NCBI RefSeq assembly: GCF_009914755.1
Contig: NC_060933.1
Source of the DNA: the human T2T-CHM13v2.0 reference genome, Homo sapiens
DNA length: 64,000 nt
Reading direction: 5' to 3' (one strand)
A program made the translations under genes and the position numbers. This document shows, one piece after another, positions 29,116-45,800 of the stretch; position 1 is the first letter of the stretch, and each line of letters opens with the position of its first letter. Under the pieces are notes generated by a model that made no database searches, was not told the origin of the DNA, and worked only from the letters and a program-made list of their open reading frames with translations.

Positions 29116-32100
29116 ATATTTTATTTCCTCACTTCTAAGGCACCATTAATGTAGAAACATTTTGTGAGAATAAACTAAGAGAAATACTCTGGTATCATAT
29201 ATATATATGTAAATTATAAGTTGCTTCCCAATGCAGAAGTCTAAAATGAGGAAAAAAATAACGTTTTTAAAAAGAAATAATTCTTATATATTTTCCCATT
29301 TGGGGCTGAATTGCTCTTGGTGTATAATAGTGGGATTTCTGAAAGACGGTGAAATGAAAGTGCTGTGGTTTCAAATGAAAAATTAGCATTCACGATTCCA
29401 CCTATAAGTAGAATTCCATACTGCCTTTTTCAGTAGTGGAAAGAAAAAATGGAGTTACACTGTAAACTCAAAAATTGGTAAGAGAAAAGTTGAAGGTCCA
29501 CTTATTTTTTAAAATTCTACCTGAATGATGCTTGTTAGCCAATTCCACAGATAATCTACAATACTTTTTTAGAAAGTAAAATGGATAAACTTTACTTAGT
29601 GGTAGTCAATGTCACTTGATTAGTAACATGCTCATATAACCAGCTATTTCAGAAGAGTGACAACTTGCAATGCAATCTAGCTAAGACAAAGAACAAAGAG
29701 GAGAAAGCCATCTAATAACTGTAAAACTGTGGAAATATTGGAAAGGAAAATCAGGTTAGATGCCTTCCTAAAAATTTCATTTTGTGTGAGCTATTCCAAA
29801 TTTAATATTTTAAAAAGAACTGAACTGTAAGCTAGAATGAAACCTATCAAATACTTAATGAATTGTTCGCTTTCATTTCTGAAGTCTTGAATTCCATTTT
29901 TACGGAAAATATCAAGTAGTCTATAAAGCGGAGGTACAAACTAGTCATTACATTTTATTCCTGTTTTAAAGTTAGATCTTAGTTTTAAAGTTAGACCTTC
30001 TTTTTAATTATTAGGAATATGTATCTATTGATTGTATTATTGATTATTTATTGATTGATTCATCTGCCTTGACCTTTCAGCAGTACTCTTTACCAAAAGC
30101 CTAATTTGAAAAAGGAATGTTTAGGTAATTTTTTCCCAATTAAGTAGTGAAGAATCATGACCTAGAAATTCATAGGAAATAAACCAGGAAAACTAAAATG
30201 GCATTGACCAAAGAAAGCATGGCTGAACATGAAGAAAAATATTTTATTATTCCTCTCATAAATTGGCCAAAACCAAATGACTAAAGTTTTTAAATCTGGA
30301 GTGTAAAACTTTTGAAGACAGACCTTTTAAAAGAGAAAATATGAAAAACCTTATAGAATGGCTTTAAACTATCTGAATATGGAGAGAATATGATTCAATT
30401 TCAGTAAACTTGAATTAAGTCTTATTAAACCTGGAAAATCCATTTATCTCTTTTAATTTTATGGCTTATTGTGGACAGAAATAATGCTTTATCTAGTGTG
30501 TCCCAGCCTTTGAGAAAAGAAAAATAAGAAACCCTTCCTAGGTAAATAGTTTGGCTTTTTGTATGTAAATGTTTCAGTATTGCAACATGCCCAATCTATC
30601 CCACATGCCAACCCAAAATAGGACCTGCATATGAGACATGTAGAGGAAATGACTGGATTAATTTTGTATTGTTATTAATTGTTATGCATGGGGAAATATA
30701 TGGGAAAATTATTTATCAAATAATCTCAAGGAAGAGATGGGCCGTCTCTGTAGCCCTTCTTGGATCAAAATAAAGCTCGAGGAAAGGTTTTGACTGAGAC
30801 CTCAAAGAAACAAGTTTCCTCTGGAAACCTAGTCTTCACAGAGGGCTTCATATAACATGGGAGCCAGCGTAATGAGGTATTGGAAAGAAATCTTGAAATC
30901 ATGGGTTACGTTTTATTGTTTTCAAGTAAAGAGAATAAAGATTGTTCATTTTTCCATAGTTTTACCATTAAGAGTCCCTTGAGAAAAGTGAATGAGAAGT
31001 TACACATTTCTGACAAAGAAATTCTTTATTTAGCCACACATTTCAAGGTTGTGATTACGGCATCAGTAACTGGCTAGAGAAGAGATTGCACTGAGGCAGA
31101 TAATAAAGTTCATTGAACTATGTGATCCAGGCAGTATACACACATGGTAAAGCTCTTCCTGGGATTACAGATCTGACATTTTGAGCTTACCAGTTAAGGA
31201 GAGATTTTTGAGAAAAGCAAGCAAAAGTAAAAACAACAAAACCAAATTAATTTTTTCCTTTAAACTATGAAACCACCACCTAAACAATAGAGTCTTTTCT
31301 GTGCCTATGGCACTTACTAAAGCATTTTCTACAATTTCCTTGAGCTGATAATATCAAAAGTAGAATAATAAGTATATTAATAATATTAAATTTCGTATTA
31401 CTAAGAAAGTAAGTAGATTAATAAGAATAACTATTTACAACTAACATTAAGAAATACTTTTCTTTACATTATTTGGGTATAGCTAATGAAAATACCCCAA
31501 ATCTGGAATAATATTTTTACTAATAAGTAGGTTTCCAGTATAACCTGATACTTGATAATCACAAAACAAATAACCATGTCATGTTTTAGAAATATAAACG
31601 CCATAAATTGCAACAATGATTGTATTTTATATCTCCAAGTACTTTTTAATTACTGAAAAAGTTGATTAGTACATTCATCAATCTCCCCATTATTTTCCTC
31701 TGATTTATTAAAATCACACTAAGCAATTCAGGAACACAGTTCTAATTCATTAGAGACTTTAACTTAAGACAAATTTTAAAATGTTTAATTGAACAACTGT
31801 CATATTAAAATGCTGGTGGACTTCTGTTGGCATGATCCGTAACTTTCTACCTTTGTAAATATGAATAGATTAGGAGCCAATAATAAAACAAGAAAGAAAC
31901 AAAAAGAATGATTCTTATATTCTACATATACTCTATAGAGAACCTCAATAACCTTTCTACTAATGAGTGGAGTATATCTGATGAAATTCCCCTTTGGACA
32001 TTTTTCAGATATTAAATTTTGAAATGACATATCTCGCAAACAAAGGTGGAAGCAATTTTATCCTATTAACAGCTTGAAATTTTGCACAATGAAAATGGAA

Positions 32101-33329
32101 AGGGAAAGTAAAATGAGGTTAAAGAGAAAGCTAATTAGAATTTGGAAGTTTGCTGGGTTAATGTCTAGACTTTGGAGGTCTAGGTTTAACAATTTGTGTA
32201 CCACATAGTTTAGCTCTAAAGATTGATCTGTGCTCAACAGACTTGATGAATAGACCTCTTTCTCAGAATGCTAAAGATGCACATTGCAATATCATGAGAG
32301 TGAATGTGTAGGAAAAGAAACACACAAACAAAATATGCAGAGCTTTTTATAAATCTCATGTACTCAGAAGGTTCTCAAAATTAACATAGAAAAGAAGCTA
32401 CAGAAAAGGGGAAAATACTTCTGAACAGTTGACCACCTATGGAACAGCCTCACAGGCAGAACTGTTTGCTTACCTGGTAAGGATATAGCCCAGAAACATT
32501 CTCCACTGTACTTGATGAATTGTTTTTCTTTGTTACACTCTGAAAGTTTTCACCAATTATGAATTGATTGGGTTGAAACTGTCCCGATTAGGATGCAAAT
32601 TCCCATGGTATAAGCAATCAGTTGATCTAATTTTAATTTTTAGAATCAGATAACTGAAAACAATAAGGAAGAAGAAAGCATTATTTGGTGATAGAGGGAA
32701 GAGCCAGTCCTTTTTGATATTGAACAATTTTATTTGATAGGGCAGGTAGAAAGAAGGCTTATGATAACCCTGGGTACTAAATGACTGGGAAGGTACCTGA
32801 GACTGAAAAGAATCAGAAGGTGTGAAAGAGACTGTATGATAATTATAAAATGATGCCCATGATCAACACGGTATGTGTGCCCCATACTGATATGTCATAT
32901 CAATTAGGAGATTCAGTTGCAAGTAACAAAACGTCCAGCTCAAACCACTGTAGAAAAACCAATGGGGCCCTCTGGGCAAAACAACACAGGTTCTAGGTCA
33001 TTTCCCACATTCTAACTCCAGAGATGCTATGGAATAAAAATGAAAGTACTGGAGTCTGAAGAACTAATGCAGAATTCATGAGAGACCACAGAGAGAGTAA
33101 CACTGAATGTCACTATGAAAGTATACACACGAGGTGGCATGGGAACAGGCTGGAGAAGGGTAAGGGCCAAAAAAAGAAGGTATTATAAGGTATTAAGTAA
33201 CGAAACTAATAAAGATTATTCAAGATTTGATAAAGAAAAAATTTAATCTCTAGCTTATTATATAAAATATTATTTGAATAATTAGGCAGATGTAGCATAT
33301 GCAGAGATGAAAAAACTTAAAGTGCAAGG

Positions 33330-34900
<1,571 letters not shown>

Positions 34901-35621
34901 CATACAACATGAATAGCTCTGGCATAAGTGGATTATAATAATTCACTCTGATCTAAGCAGTATTTTTAAGTCAGTTCTCAAAACTTGGCATCACCAGAAG
35001 GAAGAGTAGGAGAGGAGAATCCAGTATCCTCTGGCCTGATGTGGTGGCTCAGAAATGTGAGCGGGACTCTTTATTCTTTGCGTCTGCTTTCTTGGTTTTG
35101 GCTCCTTTCTTGGCAGATTTCTCCTCCTGTGATCCCATGCTGCCTCTTGGTTTCTGTTTTATATTCAGTAAGGAAGAAGGTTATTCACTTCTGAACCCTT
35201 AAGGAAAGTCCTAGTCTTCTTTATAAACTGGTTGATAAATGTCTTATGACATCACTGTGGACAGTCATGTATGAACCTTGGCTCTTCTTTGGAGCCTGGC
35301 GTCTAGCTTCCCGTCTTCTGCAGATGGAGTTTGATTCTCCTTCATGTCCCTCATTATGAAGGCCTAACTCTGTTTCTTTTCCCTGGGAATGGTTCTACTT
35401 CAGCTTCCCCTCACTGCTCTAGTTTTAACATCACTCTTAACTTTTCTGGAATTCATAGATGTCAATTTTGAGATGACTGGGTTACTTTGTTGTTTTTTAA
35501 TATAATATTTCATGAAGAATTTTTATGTTTGTATAGGAGTGTTAACTTTTTCCTGTATTAATGTAGACCATAATTTAATGGAAAATTTATCCCAGGTTTC
35601 AAAGGCAGCTTATAAACAAAC

Positions 35622-35916
<295 letters not shown>

Positions 35917-36297
35917 AACAAACTTTTGAAATAAAATTTGTTAAATATTGGAAACTACCTGCATATTGAAATAATCCCAAAACATGGTTTAATAACATGT
36001 AAAATAGTAAAACATTTTTACGAATAAAGAGCAAAATGTTAAAATGGAAAGAAACTGGGTTTTTTAAATTCCAAGAAACTAAGTACTATTACTACTTGGG
36101 AATTATTGTTAGGACAAAGTTATTGCTATTTAAGACAAAATAATGTAATTACTATGACATTTAGTCATAGTAATTACGATTTAGAACAAAGAATGCAACT
36201 TTCCAGGAAAATTGGTTCACTACAGAGTGCAGGAATAAACAACGATGGATCTGTGTACTTACATGTGTGATTTCTCAATGTTTGACAAGACTAGTGC

Positions 36298-37296
<999 letters not shown>

Positions 37297-37499
37297 ATAC
37301 CTTTATCCAGTGATTCTTGAACCAAACATGTAAAAACCACTGAAAGAGCATGTGTAGCTAATTTGACCAAACATATTTATTCTCCAAAAAAATCTTTACC
37401 TGGGGAAAAATTAATCGATATTCATAGCCTTCCTACCCAATATCTTAACATTGCTTCTTATGTAAATGTGACTGTTAACTTTTAGAAGGCATTTGCCTA

Positions 37500-37612
37500 T
37501 GTCTATGTTTAATATCTGCATTTTGTAGATGAGAAGACTGTGGTCTGTGGGCTTCAGAGATGTGGCCAAAGCAAATAGCCAAGTCAAATCTTGGCTGTCC
37601 ATGAGTGACATA
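37500..37612 (-). mobile_element. MIR fragment
   Basis: gcattttgtagatgagaagactgtgg. Confidence 0.55.
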
Positions 37613-37616
37613 TTGC

Positions 37617-37781
37617 TTTTTGTTGTTGTTGTTGTTATCTGGATCATCCTCTTTATGCTGCCCACATCACTATAGTTCATAAGGCAGAAACACTGAGGTT
37701 TTCATTTTTGTTGTTGTTATCTGGATCATCCTCTTTATGCTGCCTGCATCACTATAGTTCATAAGGCAGAAACACTGAGGT
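37617..37781. repeat. Tandem duplication, 82-bp period, two copies
   Basis: ttgttgttatctggatcatcctctttatgctgcc(ca/tg)catcactatagttcataaggcagaaacactgaggt occurs twice. Confidence 0.97.
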
Positions 37782-38978
37782 CAAATGGGACTGGAAATAT
37801 GAGTGCTCACCTATCACTGTTAGTATCACTACTCAAAATCATAATTAACGGAAGGGGTCATTAACAGCTCTATAGATAAAAAAGAACACTTAACTCATAA
37901 GCCAGTGTGTTAGAATGGTAGAGACTTTCAGATTTAAGAATGAGCCTAGTACAATATGTCATTTTCTTCTTCATTTATTTATTATACTAAATGGCTACAT
38001 TCATCACATTCTAGCATTTGAGTTATTTTATAACATTAATGGAAAAATACTCTTCCAATTTAAATATATTACTCTAACCAACACAAAAATCATGCACAAT
38101 TCCTGCCGTAAACACACACAAAGAGAGAGAGAGAGAGCTGCTTTTGAGAAAGTGTTTAAGAAGCTCCTTCAAATAATGTTTCTGGTTTTTATATTTTACT
38201 TTTTATTATTATTGTTATATTAATCATAAATCCTAAAATATCTTGCTATTTTACCCTCAAGTGTATTTTAACAATTCTCTTGGAATCTGTTCTTCCTGGT
38301 AGAGAGGATGTTGGTTTTTAAGCAACTTCAGCAGAGCACTTGAAATCATTAAATGACTAATCTGCATATTTCAGTGAAACTCTTCATACTTCCAGAGAAA
38401 CTAGAAACAAAAGGATTCTAGTCAGAAAAATAACAAAAGGAAGAGCTAAATTTGTCTAATTTTTTAAGAAGCTACTGAAATACTTATGGAATAGTAAGCT
38501 AACAATCCAAAGAGTTAATGCAGTTTTCAAGGCCCTTACTTTGCTCTCTAAAAAGAGTTTTATTCTGGGAAAAATCTGGAACAATTTATTCCATTTCCAT
38601 TTGCTCATAATGTGTAGAATCATTGAAAAGCACAGTGAAAGCATGGTGTTATTATCTGATATTTAGTTACTTGTCTCCCAGAGTGTGGTGGTCTAACATT
38701 AGCTAAAATAGCATTGGTCTTCATGTCTACTTTCAAACAGACAAGAACAAATATAATGATAGAGACTCAAATAGTTAATCTCAAAACAAAAGCATTTTGT
38801 TATTTTGTATACGCCGAGTAAATTGAAGGTGGGACTTTGCTAGATTTTAGGAAGTGCAATTCAGTATAACGGAAATGACAGTTGGAAATAACATTATCCT
38901 GAAGACCAAGCATTCCCACTAAGCCCCATTATTTGATCTTATACAGACTTAAGTAAGTCACAGCAAAATGCCTTAGAA

Positions 38979-39139
38979 CAGGAGGATAAAATCTGAGATT
39001 CATGAAGGGGCATGAAGGGGTTTTAATACAATTCTGAAACAGTATGGTAAATTATGTGTATTTATAAAAATTAAGGAAAAGATCCAAACTTTCACTGGAT
39101 TCTCCAAGGTACATATGGTGAAAAAGTTAAGAACCACTG
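38979..39139. mobile_element. hAT-Charlie MITE (MER103-like)
   Basis: cagg...aaagttaagaaccactg termini; 8-bp TSD ccttagaa/tcttagaa (7 of 8 match). Confidence 0.6.
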
Positions 39140-39467
39140 TCTTAGAAAAAGACTATAGTGAATTTCCCAAATGAAATTAAATGGAAACCAAGGGTTGTCA
39201 TTTATTTTCTGTGACAGATGCAGGTAATACCACTGATCAATTCTTGGGGACCTTGACTTTGCGAAATGATCAGATCACAGTGAACCAAGCAGAGAAGTTA
39301 TCAAAAATATGTACTTAAATTATTTCATTTTTCATTCCCTATATTCAAAACCTTCTACCTCTTTACTGTTCCAGACTCACCACTGCCATTTCTATTCATA
39401 GAAACTACAGCCTAAATGACTGCTACCTTTACTAATCTATACTTAGATCTTCTATCTAGAGATATAG

Positions 39468-39806
<339 letters not shown>

Positions 39807-39894
39807 TAAGCAGCAGAACTGTAAAGGGTAGTCCTTTTAATCTACCTTCAATCATAATTCTGTAAGTTTTCAGACATTTTGTCCTGATCATTTA

Positions 39895-42800
39895 AAAATA
39901 ATTTTCAAATTGTAAACAATTTCAGATTTATAGAAAAATTGTGATGATGTTACAAGATGTCCTATATACCCTACTCCCAGGTCCCCCTACTATTAATGTC
40001 TGATATTAGTATAGTTCATTTGCCACAATTAATTAACCAATATTGATACATTATTATTCATAAAAGTGCACACTTTATTGAGATGTATTAGTTTTTATCT
40101 GATGCCAGGATTCCTGTTCCAAGAGTCTATGCTTTCACATTACATTTAATCATCATGTTTCCTTAGGCTCCTTGGTGCTGTGACAGTTTCTTAGACTTTC
40201 CTTGTTTTCAATGACCTTTACAGTTTTGAAGAGGACTAGTTAGATATTTTGCAAAATGTCTCTCAATTCAGGCTTCTCTGATGTTTTTCGCATGATAAGA
40301 CGACAGTGATTATGAGTTTGGGGGAGGAAAACCACAGACGTAAATTGCCATTCTCATTGTTATCATATCAAGCCCGCGTACTATCAGAGTTAACTTATCA
40401 TCATTGAGGTCAGTATTGATCAACTGACTGGAGTAGTTTTTGTAAGGTTCCTCCACTGTAAAGTTACTGTTTTTTTAGCCTCTTTCCATATTGTATACCT
40501 TCAAAGAAAGTCATTATGCATAGCTCACACCTCAGAAGTAGGGCATTATGCTCTACCTATTTTAGGGCAGAGTAGCTACATTAATAATTTGGACTTTTTT
40601 GCATGAAGAGTTATCTATCTTTCATATATGAGTGTATAGACTTGTTTCTATGAGTCTACATACGAGTATATAGACTCTATGAGTCTAGGAGTATACATGA
40701 GTCTATATATGAGTATATATACTCTGTATATGAGTACACAATCACAATCCAGTGGATTTTTTTTTCTCAAACTGCTCTAACTTTAGCTATAGGCTACTCT
40801 GTCAGTTGGCACTGGTGTCTTTTTGACCTATTCCCCCATCATTGTGAATTTTTTGAGCAATTCTTTACTTTCTGACAATATATGATATTCCAGATTCACT
40901 GTAATTCTATCTTCCTTTCATTTACTTGTTCTCTATTTACCTTCCTTTCTTTATGTAGATCAAATTGTAAATAGTTTTAGGTTTACAGAAATGTTGTGAT
41001 GATTTTGCAAGATTTTCCATATGTCCTCCTCCCAGTTTCCTCTACCATTTTAAAATGCTAAAAACTAGATCTGAGTTCCCGACCTACACCAATTTTTTTC
41101 TCTCTGAAGAAATTCCTCTGAACATTTCTTACAGGGCAGGTTGCTGGCAGTAAATTCCCTCAGTTTTTGTTTTATGAGAAAGCCTTTATTTCTTCTTCAC
41201 TTTTGAAGGATAATATAACTGGATATTGAATTCTAGACGGGTGTTTATTTTCTTTTCTTTCAACACTTTAAATATTTCACTCCACTTTCTTCTTGCTTGC
41301 ATGGTTTCTGAAGAGAAGTCTGCTGTAATTCTTATCCTCATTCATTATAAGGAAGGCTTCTTGTTTGTTCTCCCTGTCTGTATTCTTTCAAGCTTTTTCT
41401 TTATCTTTGGTTCTTAAGTCTGAATATGATACACCTATTTGTAGTTTAAAAATCATTTTATTTAGTGTTTTCTAAATTTCTTAGATGTGGTGTCTGTCAT
41501 TACTATCAGGATTTCCCCACAATTATTAATTTAAATATTTCTTCTGTTCTGTTCTTTCTTGTTCTGCTGGTATTCAAGCTGAGATAATCTTACACCTTTT
41601 GAAATTGCCCCACAGTCCTTGGATGTTCTGCTCTATTATATTTACTTATTTATCCTGTGCGTACTTCAGTTTAGGAAGTTTCTATTAGCCATCTTATTCT
41701 TTCCTTGGCTGTGTCTATTCAAATAATGAGCCTATCAAAATGATTCTTCATTTCTGTTACTGTGTTTTTTATTTCCAATATTTTCTTTTAATTTTTCCTT
41801 AGAGTTCCCACCTCTCTGCTTACATTACCCATCTCTCCTTCCATGTTGTGTATATTCTCCATTAGATTTTAAACATATAATTATAGTTATTTGAAATTCC
41901 TTATATGATAATTTCAATACCTGACATAACTGTAGCTTGTTTTGATGTTTGACCTTCACACTGTGCTTCTTCTTTTCTGTTTGCATACTTTGCAAATTTT
42001 TTGTTTGAAAACTGCACATGATATAGCAGGTAATAGGAATTGAGATAAATAAGTCTTTAGTGGGAAGTTTTATATTAATCTGGCTAGAAGTTGAGCTGTG
42101 TTTAATGTTTGCTGTAGCTGCCAGATGGTGCACATTCCCCTACCAGCCCTGTTTTTATCTTTCCTTTTGACTTTGGGAACCCCTAAATCCTTCCAGAAAA
42201 AGTCTTGCGGCTCTATTAACTCTAATCCACTGTCATTATACTGGAGATCTGTTGCTGTTATAGTAAGATGTGGGGGAAGCAAAGTGTTACAATATTATAT
42301 TTAAATCTCAGTTTTTGTGTTGACCTGTGTACCTACTCTGTGACCTTCACAAGCTTTCTATAGCTTTCTCTGTTTCACCCATTTTAGGTGAGACTGGAAG
42401 ACTGGATAGGGCTGAAGTTGGAGAAATGCCTTTTCCCAGGTGAGATAAAGTTCTAGTAAAGTCAATTTTCTTGGACAGTAGGCCTTTGCTATAATAAATG
42501 TTCCAAGTATATTTCATAATGACTACTCTTTCCCTGCCAGAGCCTGAGAGACTCTTTCTCAGCTCTTCACTGAGAGAACAAGGTGTTGTTCCCAAAGGTA
42601 ACCCCCACAAAAATGTGGGTGTCCCATGAAGACTGCAGCCAGCAGAAATCCCTCATTCTCATGCTATTCCAAACTTATTCTTTAGCAATTTATCAAAATT
42701 ACTATTTAAGTGATCTTCCTAGTTATGGCTCCAGTGTCTTCTGCTCCAGATAAGCAGATTTTTATTGTGACTCTTCCAATCGCTAGTATTTCCAGATTAC

Positions 42801-42940
42801 AGAATGGTAGTTTGTCTTGCAACCTCAGCTCTCCGATAAACCCAAGAAAAGTAATTAATTTTCAGTTCATTTTTTTTTTTCTGTAAGGATAGGAGTAACA
42901 ACTTCCAACTTTTTTACATATTGGAGCTAGAATTGGAAAT
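39895..42940 (-). mobile_element. L1MD-type element: 3' UTR (about 39895-40900) joined to 5' region (about 40905-42940)
   Basis: 3' UTR text (aatttcagatttatagaaaa...aaccaatattgatacattatt) followed by L1MDa-like 5' text ending aaggataggagtaacaacttccaac...ggagctagaattggaa. Confidence 0.75.
40622..40740. repeat. Degenerate (TATGAGTMTA)n minisatellite-like tract
   Basis: At least six atgagt/acgagt units with tata spacers. Confidence 0.7.
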
Positions 42941-44884
42941 ATCATGATATCTTATTGTGGTTCTATGATCAAATATGTTTGGCAAACAACTGTTAAACAA
43001 GTTAAAATAGTTTTATTTTTCATTTTAAAAATTTTCAACGCTTCATCATTTTTATGTATTTTATGTGTATTTCTAGTTTAGTCAAAATCTAACACATTCT
43101 GGGATCACCTCGCTATTGGATCAAAATAATATAAACACTGCAGCGTTCTCTTACAGGTCACTTATTTCTTTGTTTTTCAAATCCAGCACTTATAATATTT
43201 ATTCAAACATAACACTCAGAATAATTCTAAGCATATTTATCCATGCAATTACATCTTTTCAGCCTCCCTAAAACATATACATTAAATAATTACTTTTTCA
43301 TCCATTTTCAATTTCTAGTACAATCAATCTCTCTTCCAATTAATTCTTCACATTTCTTTCAATGTGCATACAACCTAGTAGTTTGAATCAATCAGGTTTT
43401 CCAAGACAGAATAAAATCTTTTTCTAAATCCTGCCTAACAAGTAGACATCTGAAATTTTATCTTCTCTAGCCAAACAAAATGAATGGATGTGCTATTTGT
43501 AAATGCTTAAAGTTATATGAAGTGCATATAATACCAGATAATGTAAAATATTGTTACTACGTTGCATGAAATATCATCACCTAACAAATTTTAGGATGCC
43601 AAGAAATCTGATATAAGGGTCAATGAAAAACATGGCTAACACAAGTGTCATACATTGTGTATTTTATGCTATAAATAAGAAACATCTGGAAAAAATAAAC
43701 TAGAATCGGCCACTGAATTACGTATAAGAATGAACTCAGGAGGAAGCAGTTTCTATATAAATTGTAAGGTGAGAAAAAGAGAAACCAAAGCCAAGAAAAG
43801 GCTAATTCTCCAGGCAAAACCTTTGAATCTTGCCAAAGTGTGGGAGGTGATGGGAGACTGAAGTAGGCATATATCACCCATACTCATTTCCTTAAACCCT
43901 TACTCACAGATGCACATTGAAAGACCCACAAATTTTATGTTGGCAACAGCAAAGATAGTTAATCCAATTGCACACACTACTAACTGTTCCAAATTTACAT
44001 TTCCATGTAAAACTACTGAACGGGCACATTATGTGTGTTTAGACTGTACTACACCTGGCTTTTTGAAATTTGAGCTCTCTCCACAAGCACAATCCCAGCT
44101 ACTGGTTGATTTTTTGGTTGCTATGTTTCAGAGCATAGGGTTTCTACAAATGGATTGAAAGAGTAAGCATGCAATATGAAGTGAAAATGCAAAGAAGATT
44201 TTAGGCAATTGGTTGGACAATAATGTGTCATGTGTGGCCAATGTGTAGCCCAAGTGAAGTAGAAGACTGTACTATATTCCCTGGCCTAGAAAATCTTCTC
44301 CATTATTCACTCCATATGTTTGCCTTTACTATCCTAAAAGATAAAGCGGTGTGAACCAATGCCAGGTGATTATAGATCACACACAGTGATTATGGAATTG
44401 TTAAACTGTGAAATCCTCAGGGGACTGAATCCAGAGAGCTATACTTGGTGGAAGGAAGTAACAGAGAGTCACGACTTCTGCAAAGAGTATGTGTGGATGG
44501 GGAGAGGAATAGTTCTTGGTGTGGATTCCAGGAGAAATAAATTTGCCAAAAAACTGCAGCAGTTGATAGACACTCTCCCTGGCAAACTACATTCAAGTGT
44601 CAAAGAGGAACAGAAAGTATAGGTCAGAGAGAGAAGAAGGGGAGTTGAGATACTTGCTGTCATGATGTTGATAAATTACTTTAAAATTCTTCAGAATAAA
44701 GTGGAATATGAATGTATATAGCAATGCTTTTTACTTCTCTTTAGGGTTGTCAGACTGTCATTTGTTCTGATGAAGACCCCGCACTCCTTGAGTGGTCAGC
44801 CAGTTTTATCCCAGGGCAGCCACACTTCAGAGGCCTCTGCATCATAAGCTTCATCTATCTTCATATTCAGCAAAACACCAGATA

Positions 44885-44994
44885 AGTGGCTAATTAGCAT
44901 AATTAACATCAGAAATGGGTTTTCATTGGTGAATTTAGTGGCTTGTTAATCAGCATAATGAATGTTAGAAATGGGTTCTGAATTGTGAAATTAG
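44885..44994. repeat. Diverged tandem duplication, about 52-56 bp, two copies
   Basis: agtggc..taat(t/c)agcataat..aa....agaaatgggtt......gtgaa.ttag occurs twice. Confidence 0.8.
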
Positions 44995-45629
44995 AAGAAA
45001 TCAAGATAGTGAATTGGTTAAAGTATTATAGAAACATACTTAACACTTGCATAAAATGGGAAATTAGAATCTATGAGATCTGTTGGGATGGCCCCGAAGG
45101 TTACATCATTAAATGGACTTGAGTCCAGTCTTTGGGTGAGAGAATTTCATAGTGACTGATGCAAATTTGTAAAGGTAACAAAATCTGCCTCTGAAATATT
45201 GCTATGTTTGTCTCCTGTAAATCATTCATGTAACAAATATGTATAGTTTGTTCATCTAAAAGCACAGTGATCTGGGTCTTTATCAAACTTAAACAATATT
45301 GTATTCACTCTTTCGGGTTTGCCTGTGCATTCATGTTTATGTATGTCTGTACGAACATAGATTTTGGTCTGAAACTTGCTTTTATTACAACTGGTAACAA
45401 AGCTTGCTTACAATGAGCAACAAATACTCACACACATCAAAATGTTCAGCTTTTTCTATAAAAGAACTTCTGAGTTGTATGAAATCAAATTGGTTTACAT
45501 CAGTTCAGAACGGTTTGCAATAATGTGCTACAGAGAAGTAAACATCTTCTGTTCCAGCATTACAGGATTCTGTAGTGTGTTGAAGACCTGCTGTTTGGTA
45601 AGATGATCCACACTCCTTGAGACAATTCA

Positions 45630-45800
45630 GCCCTGATGGCCTGACAGTATTGTTGTAACTTTTCAATAACTGTAATGTTATTACTTCTGTTTTAGAGAGG
45701 AATAAATCTGAGGTCAAAGAGGTTAAGTAGCTTGCCCAATTCTAATACATGGGAAGGAATACAGAAAGTAGTTAATTCCAAATGTCACTTTTTAACATCA
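45630..45800 (-). mobile_element. MIR fragment
   Basis: ttttagagaggaataaatctgaggtcaaagaggttaagtagcttgccca. Confidence 0.7.

Noticed and set aside
37617-37781. Direct repeats as a CRISPR-like array
   Set aside because: Only two adjacent copies, no unique spacers, and a eukaryotic context
44359-44622. 87-aa ORF with protein-like composition
   Set aside because: No recognisable domain or convincing splice context, and this length is expected by chance; a BLASTP/PhyloCSF check would settle it
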